From Schizochytrium sp. TIO01 (Eukaryota > Protista > Bigyra: Labyrinthulomycetes), in the NCBI GenBank assembly GCA_004764695.1, contig SMSO01000032.1, positions 1,984,001 to 2,048,000 of the forward strand: a DNA stretch of 64,000 bases, given 5' to 3'. Under the pieces are notes generated by a model. The model was not told where the DNA came from, ran no database searches, and saw nothing but the letters and a program-made list of their open reading frames with translations. The position numbers and the translations under genes were made by a program. Of the stretch, positions 31,917-42,005 are shown piece after piece (within the stretch, counting starts at the first letter, position 1; each line of letters starts with the position of its first letter).

Positions 31917-34688
31917 TCAACCTGAGAGCTGTTCAGCAGCTTGGAGAACTGCCTGAGCAGCTGTTGGGCGTGTGATCACTTTAGAGAATTCATCGTGCCC
32001 GAGGTTTTGATAGTCTTCGAACGATAGCTTCTTTCCTCCACATGTAATAGGGAGAACGCCACCAATCGTACCAATGGTATTGTTCAAAACACGCAAACGT
32101 TTGTAGTCACAATCAGAAAGATACGGAGAAGTTACCCTAATGTACGGGTTCGGTTGGATAAAACACGTCGAGTTGATCATGCTCAAATTTGCCCCGGGTT
32201 CATGTGCAAGGACGTAGCACTGGTTAACCCAAAGATAAAGTTCATTAACGTGTGTCATGTGGTTTCCACCATAATTTGCCTTCCAGCCTCGATTTCCATA
32301 TATGAGAACGTTTCTGTAGAAGTTATACTGGCTAGATCCGTCATCGGTATCAAAACCTTCTTGGTTGGCATAGGTACCCAATACTAAGTTATGATGAATA
32401 TTGCGCACTTTTGGTATAACTGTGGCACTATCTTCCGTCCCATGTATGTACGGCACTCGATCCCAGGAGTTAAAAGCCGCATGGTCTCCGCTCTCACGAA
32501 CTGCATTGAGCATTACGTTGTGATGGATATTATCACCGCCCAAGAAGCCATCGTTCATGTTAATCATTGACCGTGGGCCATTCATCATAACATTGTAGGA
32601 AATTTCTGCATCGCCACTAACTGCATGGAAGTAGGCGCATGATTGTTTTTGAAAAACGCCTAGCTCACGGAAGAGGTTACGAGTAATGACAGTACCCCGA
32701 GGTTGGTTGCCTGAACGGCCATCTGGGCCGAGTGGCCATGGCAACTGTCGAGTACAGTTCTCGTTCAAACAATGCCCAGTGTAACCCCAGCTTACTATTG
32801 CTGAATATCCAATCCATGCAAATTCGCAGTGCTCAATTCGAGCTCCACGGTTACGCCCAGTCATTAAAACTCCATTTCCATCTATTCGTTCTAGCTTTGA
32901 GTGAAGTAAGGTAAAGTTGTTGGTATTCTGAATGATGATTGCAGCAGATCTAGGAAGCGCCCAATCTCCACCAGATGGCATTTCGTGGGGATCAAGCCAC
33001 ACATGTGCTGTATCCCGGAGCTCAATATTGCGGATCATGACGTTGTCTGTGTTAGAAACATTAAAGAGTACTTTGGTTCGAGTTGCACGGAATACCCTTT
33101 GAACAGGCCCATCCTTTCCGTGACCTAAGATCTCACTGTTTTCTGTAGAGTTGAATACGTAGTACAATTTGCGTGAGGCATCATCGTAGTACCATTCGTT
33201 CTCTTCGTCAAGCTCTGCAAGTACATTTTCAATATACCACTGAGCAGCAGCATTTTCACCTTCACCTCCTTGACTACCACCAAGAGATGGATCAAAAGTA
33301 CAGGTTTTTGTTGTGTAATTCCAACTTTGTACTTGCCAAGTCCAGGTGTACCATCTACCGTTACCTCTCCACCCTACTACAACTCCACGGTTTTGGATTT
33401 GTTCATCATCATAGCTACTTGAGTGCGGGAGCACAGTATCATCCCAGGTAAGTCCAGAAGGGCTTTTGTGAGGTGTGATTTGTCGAGGTGGTCTGCCAGC
33501 ACACCAATAGCCAAATGATGGTGAGAGGTTCTCACACGAGCCACCCATACCCATATGATATTCTCCCCAATCCCCTTCACCGGTCCATCTGGCCCCTGGA
33601 CCATTCTGCATCGGCCAGTTCACAGAGGGCCAATCTTCAGCTGTAACAACGATATCTGTAGGTGGGCCCGAGCGTGGCGTAACTGCTTTGTGCCACACCG
33701 TCTTATTTTCGATCCAACCTTTGATATAAATACCGTCACCCATGACAGGGTCGACGCTTACAAATGTTTCTCCAGATAGTTCTGGGTCGCCGTTCGGGTA
33801 TCGTGCACGTACCGCTCTACGATTATCTACGCGAAGGCCATCAAAAGAGGCTGCATGGGAGTCTGAAAGAGTAGTAACCCACACATTGTTTCGCACATGT
33901 TCCCAAGAAGAAGGATTCAAGTTCAGATCTTCGGCTCCCGTTACAACAGCATTTTCCCCATCTACACTTTCTATGACAAGACCCGATAAATGGCGGCCTT
34001 GAATTGATAACGTTTGCGAAACAAAGTGTGGACAATTTCCGCGAAGCTTGATAGTTGAGAAAGGCTCCGAGATTGCTCTTACAGCTCTGGCAATAGTGCG
34101 GAAAGCACTCTGTATTGTTGCTCCATCGTTTGTATCACTCCCATTCTCTGCATCTACATAAAATGTACTCGACGATGTCTCAGTTGGCTTTCTGATGTTT
34201 GCATTTGCAGATGCAGATGATTGAGAGGGTGGAAGCCTCCAGTCTAGGTGATCTTGAAAATTTGGGCGATCCAAGCCGCACTTCTGCAACTGTAAAGCAT
34301 CGAAAAGTAATGGGAAATCACCGTACGATGAAAGAACTGTTTTGCCTGTTTCATAAGTAAATTGGCGAAACGCGCAATCGGTCTCAACTGAAACACCTGG
34401 AGGCGATCCAGAAGGTCCGTCACCTGGGCTGTATGGAGAGGCCAGAGCGCCTAAGGCTGGGCCATCTTTACCAAGGAGTCCCAGCTCGCGTGAGGAAATT
34501 GCCCAAAGCCCTAGCGTAAGATTCACAACAAGGGTAGCAAGGCACAATACTCGACGTCGGCGCCAGAGGTAAGAGTGACTCTGTCGAAAGTGAGACTCAA
34601 GCTTGTCTTCGGGTTGCAGACCGTCATACTCGGGTTTTGTAGTGCTTTCTTGAAGTAGTAGAGGCTGTCCAAGCCCGGACTCCAACAT
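31917..34688 (-). CDS. Type II membrane-anchored right-handed beta-helix (pectin-lyase-like fold, GH141-like) protein (923 aa)
   Basis: RRRR followed by a hydrophobic anchor. FYVDAENGSDTNDGATIQSAFRTIARA starter motif, RARYPN, WYIENVLAELDEENEWYYD, and parallel beta-helix repeats (ITRNLFRELG, ISYNVMMNGPR, IHHNVMLN, DTDDGSS). Confidence 0.75.
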   Translation of the reverse strand: MLESGLGQPLLLQESTTKPEYDGLQPEDKLESHFRQSHSYLWRRRRVLCLATLVVNLTLGLWAISSRELGLLGKDGPALGALASPYSPGDGPSGSPPGVSVETDCAFRQFTYETGKTVLSSYGDFPLLFDALQLQKCGLDRPNFQDHLDWRLPPSQSSASANANIRKPTETSSSTFYVDAENGSDTNDGATIQSAFRTIARAVRAISEPFSTIKLRGNCPHFVSQTLSIQGRHLSGLVIESVDGENAVVTGAEDLNLNPSSWEHVRNNVWVTTLSDSHAASFDGLRVDNRRAVRARYPNGDPELSGETFVSVDPVMGDGIYIKGWIENKTVWHKAVTPRSGPPTDIVVTAEDWPSVNWPMQNGPGARWTGEGDWGEYHMGMGGSCENLSPSFGYWCAGRPPRQITPHKSPSGLTWDDTVLPHSSSYDDEQIQNRGVVVGWRGNGRWYTWTWQVQSWNYTTKTCTFDPSLGGSQGGEGENAAAQWYIENVLAELDEENEWYYDDASRKLYYVFNSTENSEILGHGKDGPVQRVFRATRTKVLFNVSNTDNVMIRNIELRDTAHVWLDPHEMPSGGDWALPRSAAIIIQNTNNFTLLHSKLERIDGNGVLMTGRNRGARIEHCEFAWIGYSAIVSWGYTGHCLNENCTRQLPWPLGPDGRSGNQPRGTVITRNLFRELGVFQKQSCAYFHAVSGDAEISYNVMMNGPRSMINMNDGFLGGDNIHHNVMLNAVRESGDHAAFNSWDRVPYIHGTEDSATVIPKVRNIHHNLVLGTYANQEGFDTDDGSSQYNFYRNVLIYGNRGWKANYGGNHMTHVNELYLWVNQCYVLAHEPGANLSMINSTCFIQPNPYIRVTSPYLSDCDYKRLRVLNNTIGTIGGVLPITCGGKKLSFEDYQNLGHDEFSKVITRPTAAQAVLQAAEQLSG

Positions 34689-36907
34689 TGCATAAAGCCT
34701 GTTTGGCCTATCTAAAGTAACACGTCCCCGTGCCTAGTTGAGGTGTTTGCTAGAGGAGCACTCAACCCAGCCCAGTGCAGCTAGCTGTTGTGGCAAGGCG
34801 ATATTCTCTACCTGCCAGTTCAAGTTCTGATGCGTTTAGATATAGAAGCTTACTTACTACAAACCGCCTTCGAGCTTCCACCTCCTTGTCAATCAAAAAC
34901 GCCATTAAAAGAGAAAGCGACTAAGCACCTGCGTGGTAATGCTAGCAGGACTGGCAAATAATATCTAACCTAACTTATTATTGGAGTCCTAGTCTCATTC
35001 ATGTTTCACTCATTTCTGGCTGTTCTGAAACAAATGCATGAGCAACTTTATTTTGGCCTACTGTGCTTTAGATTTTAATGAAACTTAAGACACGAAGTTG
35101 CAATACTGCTGCTGGAAATATCTTTTGGCTATTAAAAAAACCAAAAAAAACATCTGCTATCATATATATATTTAATACATTTGATATCGCTATTTAAAGT
35201 TAAATTATATTTTAATTGAAAAAAATTAAAAAATTATTATTATTAAAATAAATAAAATAAAATAAAAGTAGGTATCTTCCTGTTACTTGCTTGACGGAAA
35301 GAAGCGCAGGGAGACTATCTTGTAATTCGAATGAACCTCTATTTGCTTGATTTTCAATATGACTAATCGACACGCCTAGTCGCGCTCTAATCCGAACTCG
35401 AGCTTCGTGACCACTGCTGAGATATGTATGGGCAATCAGCACTCATGATCAGGCTACTCATAGCAGCTCTTTAATCTGGTTAATAACCCAAGCCAGCACA
35501 TGCTTCTATGTTAAAGATAGTTCGTTGCTTGCATTATAGTGAGAGAATCGCGTTTTTGCTTGAGCTTTTGTCAGTGCAGGAAAATTGTTTAAGGATCGCA
35601 CGACAGCCCGCGAACGAAACGGGATAAGACAGAGAACGTATACTCTATTGAAATTGAAATTACGCTCCTTTCACTGCAAGAAGACTGCGAAGCTTTAGGT
35701 GAAACCCTCGTTTTGGGTTTACATAGGCTTAGTGGTGGTGCTGCTATTGATCTGCGAAGAACCCTCACTTCCCCAAACCAGATTCCAAAGCATCTCAATT
35801 TGGTTAACGTTGAATAAAAGAAGAGCGCGGATGAACCATTGACCCCTGGCTCCAGAAAAGAATTTGGTCATGCGTACATATTCCGATGTGCGCAGCACGA
35901 CTCCAAGTCTCAAAGAACGCAGACTAGTAAGCTGCAATTCATACGGTAGATCGTGCCTCAATGTATTGTTTAAAACTTCTCTACGATCATTATGGTATAT
36001 TTATGATTTACCTTCGCACATAAGAATTGAATTACAGATCATACTACTTAACACGGCCATTTCTACTCTCAGGTGCCGGTCTCAGTGCAACAAACAATTA
36101 ATAAATCAACTTTCGCACCTATTTACCCGTGCCAGTCGGGGTATTATATGGAACATCATCGGGACATCTGTCGGAATTTATTTAATATATATCGCTTACG
36201 TTGAACTCAGACTCATCAACATTTTCGGCATGCTCGCAATACAAGAAAATGATTATTAATTGGCCATTTAAACAATATATCACACTTTAACTCTTCCCTA
36301 TGTAAGAAATCTAAATATGAATAAGCTGGAGAAGACGATTCTCTCTGTGAGTCAAATGAATAGAGCTAATGCTCCTGAAGCGGACGCCACGTCCGGATAT
36401 GAGGTTGTAGCATTTCGTCAAACTTGATCTGCAAGAGTATGGACTTGAAAGTGTTCTAATTAGGGCATCTTTTTTTAGAACTAGAGAAATTCAGATGATT
36501 GTGCTCATTAAAATATTACCGGCATGAATTTACAGTGTGTGTTTATTATTTAACGTCGGTTAGAACTCTCGAGGCAAAAGTTTTACCTCAACATAGTTTC
36601 TTCTTTTCTTTCTTTATCTCAAAAAAAATTGAAACAAAAACGGTGATGTACATACCCCAAGCAAATCTCACTTTCAGTAGTTGATGCTACTCTTGCCGGC
36701 CATTTTATTTGGGTAAGGAAAATCAAGATGGGAGCAGATTTGTTATGAATTTAAATTTTTGATGCTGGCGTCGGTGTGATATAAAGGAGTTGAAAGAGGT
36801 CGCATATACAATCAAATAACTTGGATCATATTTTGCTGCCACGGAAGGTCAAAATTGACTGCGTTTAGCACCAAATGAACGAATAGAGAACTACATCTCT
36901 CACTTCT

Positions 36908-39301
36908 CTAATACAATTGATAACGCATGTTTCGTGCAACACTCAAAGGCGGCTTGTTAAATTTTTCTTTACCCCAATGCGTATCACTTTCGGTTGCCAT
37001 GAAGAACACATGTCCATTTTCTGCATGTATAGTAACAGGAAAGATAGTGATCTGTTGGTTCGCCTCGCGAAAATCGGGCTTTAATCGAAGTTCAATGACG
37101 CGCAATGATTTTGTATCTTCTGTTGCATCAGATTTTAGAGCTTCATGCATGTCAAATACCCATAAATAAGGAATCTGACCTTCAATTCCATTCCAGCGAG
37201 TTACATGACCGATTCCCCATACAAATCTGCCTAAGACAATATGGCCTGATGTACCACCACGAAGAAACTGATTTGAGGAAGCGCTAAGGATAGCAGGAGA
37301 ACATGATACTCGAGGGTGGATGCCAGAAGATGCAGGTGTGGGTGATGGCTTTGAGAAAGAGATTAGCAGGTCTTCATCCAATTTAAGCACTGTAAGTGGA
37401 GTCGATGAGTGAATGAAATACAATTCCTCATTAAAGCTGAAAAAGCCATAATTCTTACCGTTGCCAGCATTTACAACAGGAAATGGTAGATCCGGAATAT
37501 CGATGACAACAGCTTTATTTGTTGCCAAGTTCATCAGCCAAGGTTCCCACCGACCAGTGGTTATGTTCTTACCATGTGTATACAAAATAGGCTGACCCTT
37601 ATACTCAAAAAGTCTAGGGTCAAGTGGGGCGTTAAAGAGCTGACAGGGTTCACCGACTGGGCGCATATGGGAGTCATACAATTGGCGTATGTGCGCTGTT
37701 CTGGCGATGGTGGTAATACGCCGGTAGACAGACACATACTTTACATCAGGTTGATCTGCGATCTCGATAGGAAGCATGGTAGGGTTCGTGTTGAACGCCT
37801 TTACAGTTTGCGGATCTTTATACTGGATCTGTTCAATTGGCTCATAATATAAAGTAGCAGAAGCTTCCTCGTCCATGCGAAAAGGAGGTTTGACAACAGC
37901 AGCTAGGAGAATATCAACTAACCATTGAGGAGTTGTAAGGCGGGGAACCGTTAAATTATCACCTAGCGGCGCACACTCCTCTTCATACCAACTGTTGTCA
38001 CCTGAGCCATGCAGAATAGGTTCCAAAGCGCTAACAATGGTGTCATGTGCATGAATATTCGCAGGAAGAGGAGGGTAAGGATCGTATATAGCGGGCATTA
38101 AAGGGTCACGTGTTGCTGTAGGTGCTTCAGTTGAAGAAGGTGGCAAGGTAGGGGCTTGAGTAGGGGCCTGAGTGACTTGTTCTAAAGAGTTCCTTTGAAA
38201 AAGCGCAAGGCCAGCCAGCCCTGCAGTGATCACAATTGCTAGTATGGCTCTCGTCCACCGACGTTTCTTTGCCTTTTCCGCATCGGATGTAAGCATTGGG
38301 GATGGTTTATAGAAGTAAGCAGCTACAAGGCACACGAAGAGTGCTCCAATACCTCCAGGGCTTGCATGCTTATCCCAGACCAAAACATTAACTAATACCG
38401 TACACGCCTTGCTTGCGTTGCCAACAACAGTGAAACTAGTTGCTGAAAGGGCCTTTCTTGTCCAGAACGCGAAGAATGAAATGCCGGTACCAAGAACCCA
38501 ACTCAACGGGACCCACATGGTATTTACAGTAAACACGTTGTCCATTGCTTGCATAAAACCAGAAACCTCTCCGGTAAAAGCACCAATAACCACGAGAAAT
38601 GGAAGAGGAATTAGGTTGGTATAGTATACACGACCCCACGTGGTCATTTCTACGGTGTTGACAACGTGTTTAATGTAGATTTGATCAAAGCAAAATAACG
38701 TAAACCATACAACAACCCAGAACATACTATCGTATGTAAGTTGACTTTGCTCCGCTTGCATGTATGATAAGGCACCTAGAAGTAGAACTATCAAGATGAA
38801 CACGGATTGCTTGGTCGGAAGGTCACGCCCAAGATAGTGAGTTTCAAGGACACTCAACACTAGCGGGGTACTGGCACGGAACACTATGAAGGTTTCAACA
38901 TTTGCGTGCTGTAAGATTTTAATATTAGCAAAAATGGTGCCTAGAAAACTGACAGGAACAATCCAGAAAGCTTTGACCTTGGCCCATTCTAGCGCATCAA
39001 CATCGATGAAGTTGCACATACCCAACGCCCATGTGAAGGCTGCAGCAGCGAAAAGTTGAGAAAACAGGAGAATGCTGGGGTGTGGAAAATAGTTTACCGC
39101 AAGTTTGTTCACAACCAAAAGCAATGCAGACGTGAGCATGTAGCCTGATACGGCAATCCATGCAGACTTCGGCGTTGTGTCATCGTTATCTGCTGGGGCT
39201 TTAGCCGGAGCTTTTTCGATATCACCATCCTCGTTTTTGTTCATCATTAAGCCGGCATTTTCGTCATCAGAGTTTTCTGCTGAGACCCTTTGTTTGGTCA
39301 T
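36908..39301 (-). CDS. GDP-sugar transporter-like (GONST/Vrg4/SLC35-type) domain fused to a lumenal GT91/GH130-like beta-propeller domain (~797 aa)
   Basis: First ATG at 39301. NST motifs LLVVNKLAV, LQHANVETFIVFRASTPL, WGRVYYTNL, LSATSFTVVGNASK and VLVWDKHAS. Then KKRRW plus an extra TM helix, a TQAP/TEAP stalk, and LDPRLF, GKNYGFF..ELYFIHS and LRGGTSG. Confidence 0.85.
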   Translation of the reverse strand: MTKQRVSAENSDDENAGLMMNKNEDGDIEKAPAKAPADNDDTTPKSAWIAVSGYMLTSALLLVVNKLAVNYFPHPSILLFSQLFAAAAFTWALGMCNFIDVDALEWAKVKAFWIVPVSFLGTIFANIKILQHANVETFIVFRASTPLVLSVLETHYLGRDLPTKQSVFILIVLLLGALSYMQAEQSQLTYDSMFWVVVWFTLFCFDQIYIKHVVNTVEMTTWGRVYYTNLIPLPFLVVIGAFTGEVSGFMQAMDNVFTVNTMWVPLSWVLGTGISFFAFWTRKALSATSFTVVGNASKACTVLVNVLVWDKHASPGGIGALFVCLVAAYFYKPSPMLTSDAEKAKKRRWTRAILAIVITAGLAGLALFQRNSLEQVTQAPTQAPTLPPSSTEAPTATRDPLMPAIYDPYPPLPANIHAHDTIVSALEPILHGSGDNSWYEEECAPLGDNLTVPRLTTPQWLVDILLAAVVKPPFRMDEEASATLYYEPIEQIQYKDPQTVKAFNTNPTMLPIEIADQPDVKYVSVYRRITTIARTAHIRQLYDSHMRPVGEPCQLFNAPLDPRLFEYKGQPILYTHGKNITTGRWEPWLMNLATNKAVVIDIPDLPFPVVNAGNGKNYGFFSFNEELYFIHSSTPLTVLKLDEDLLISFSKPSPTPASSGIHPRVSCSPAILSASSNQFLRGGTSGHIVLGRFVWGIGHVTRWNGIEGQIPYLWVFDMHEALKSDATEDTKSLRVIELRLKPDFREANQQITIFPVTIHAENGHVFFMATESDTHWGKEKFNKPPLSVARNMRYQLY

Positions 39302-41084
39302 GTTCAATTCGCGCGAGCCTGTCAGTAGAAGGGTCGCGAAGGCGAACGAGCTCAGCCTTTAGGCTTTGATTGTTCCCTTCTGGGCTTCTGACCGGACAAC
39401 TTGAGCCACAAGAAGGTATTCCAGATTTGCTGCGTAGCGATAGTACCACTTCGGAACAGCTCAGAATTATTTTTAAAATACCTTCATTCATAATGACGCA
39501 CGCACAAGTGTATCCTTACTTCATCCCACGTTTCAAATTTTATAAATACCTTTTGAGTACTTTCTTTTTTTGTTAGATTCAATATTCAGGAAAAAGAAAA
39601 AGTAAAAGTAAAAGTAAAAGAGAAGCAAATGAAAAATAATATATATATTGAAGGTCAGAGAAACCATGGTAACAAGGAATGAAGATTTCAGAATTATGCC
39701 CCCCTGAGGGCGAATACACTTTGCTCACCAAAACCAAAAACTCAGGAATATACATACACACCACATCAGCAGTCTTTAAAAACCTCACTACTAAAAGGTT
39801 TACCAAAGTCTGGTTCCAGGCCCAAATTGAACCTACAAGCAACAACCAAAGACGTTGGCGATGACGACTTGGACTTTTATGCAGTACAAGACATCCTTAA
39901 ACTCATTACAGCTGGCACGCTTGGCCTCCTGAGCAAAAAGACACTTCAAATACTTACTAGTGGGGGTTCTTCAAATAGAATTTCGAAACGCAATGGAGGC
40001 CACTGGTAGCCTGCTGGAGTCAAAGGTTTCGATTTCGTGCTTTAAAGAGCAAGCTCGTGCCAAACTAAGGGTCGAGAGAAGAGGCAGCATCTATTATCTA
40101 CTCAAGACTCTACTCATACGTAAATATTTTCTTTCAAGCGGATTTCAAGAATTCCATTCACCTGTAGATTCCAGAGTATAGTACAGCAAGACAACATGAA
40201 TCGAGCAATCGGCAGGTGCACAACTTTGAGATACACTAATGCAAGCGCTGATAATCTGTAACAAAACTTAGGTGATTTCGCAGAGTAAGCTCCCTCGATC
40301 TCCGAGTCCAAGAAACAAATTCTAATCAAACATTAGCAAACTAACGCACAACTTTTGTTTCCTTTTCTCCCAATTAGGATTTTCATTGAAAAGAATAAAA
40401 ATCGTTGCCTTGACCACTGAACAAATCAATAACATTAGTATACGGCTACAAACGCATAACCAGACTTATGATAAAATTGCGAGACCTAGGTTGGCGTCAC
40501 AGTAGAATGAAGATAGTGATGAAACTCCTCTACACCACTTCGGTTTTATAGCAGTGCATGTAATTCTTGTAGACAAAATTAATCAGACAACCAAATAAGA
40601 AGACTAATCAGCACTTTTCAGAGCAGAGACTCGTAATTTGGCAGCTAAAATACTCATACATAACTAACAGTGATGCATAATCATAGTGTCGCGCGCTCCG
40701 TCAGGCCTCTCTCCTCCTGCACTCAAGTGTTTTAAAATATTTTTTTCTTCCTTTTTTTTTTACAACCATCTTTATAAAGAGGGTATGTCCGAATGGCATG
40801 CATAAATAATAATTCGGTAATAAATTTACTAGTTTTTATTTTTTAGAGTGAGAAAAGGGAGAAAAAAGGAACTAACAATAAATCACCTTCAAAGCCTCAT
40901 TGGAGTCGAGCGGCGGGTTTGATTAGCAAATAATATACAGTAGTGATGGTAACAACATAGAGTAAACCTTCACGATCAGCCATATTAAGACTATCTAGAA
41001 TGTATTCGGATCTAGAATAACCTTCCAACTCTACAATATCTGAGTCTTTACTAATACAAAGTCTTAACCCAGCAATAATAAAAA

Positions 41085-42005
41085 ATAAACAATAATAATA
41101 ATAATAATAATAATGAACATAACTTTGTACATATAGTTTCATTTTTTTCATTCGCTCATCGTTTGAAAAAGAAGCCGTCCGTACAAATATTTACCCGCGG
41201 ATCTGAGAAAGGCAAAGGAGAAAGGAAGAAATGGCAGCCTCGGCTCTCCGCATGCGTTGGCGTCGCTTTGGCCTGAGTTTGCTTTCCTTCCTCAGAAGCC
41301 GTCACTCCCAATGCTGATGCGTTTGGTCGGTTGCGGCACTCAGTCGTTCGTTCGCTGTGGTTGGCGTCGCGCTTGGTCTCCCTCTCCCTCTCTGCCTGCC
41401 TGCCTGCCTGGCTAGCTGTGTGCATTTTTGTCTGTGCCCAATATGTCATAGTTTATTACTCTTCCGTTTCCAGCCAGACAGACAGACAGACAGACAGACA
41501 GACTCCTCCCTCCCTCCCTCTACTACTCCTCCTGCGCAGCAAGACGCAAGCAAGCAAGCAGGCAGGCAGGATCAGCAACGAGATTAGCTTGGAGAACTGG
41601 CGGGTTGCTGAGAGAGAGAGAAAGAGAGAGAAAGAGAGCGAGAGAGACAGAGCGTGACAACCAACCACTCATCTTCCCTTATCTATGACCCCTCTACATG
41701 ATGGAGCTTCCCCTCCCGCCTTCTTGTGCGCCAATATATATATATATATTTTTTTATTTTTTTTTTTTATTTTTTTTTTTAAATCTAGGGCTGGGGTTGG
41801 AAGTCGGTCCCTAAAAAGAGGTTTTTCGCTTCAAGGTTTGGTTTTGTTCTGTTTTGTTTCGATTTGCTTTATGGTTTATGGTTTATGTTTTTGTTTTCAA
41901 CATGGATAACACCGGTTTTCGAGTTTATGCTCTGTAGAGAGGCAAGCTCTCCTGCTGGGAGGTAGTGCGTAGTGGCGAGATAGCTAGCTAGCTAGCTAGC
42001 TGGCT
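41085..42005. repeat. Microsatellite-rich tract: (AAT)n, (CCTG)n, (CAGA)n, (GCAA)n, (AG)n, (AT)n/polyT, (GCTA)n
   Basis: Directly visible. Confidence 0.85.
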
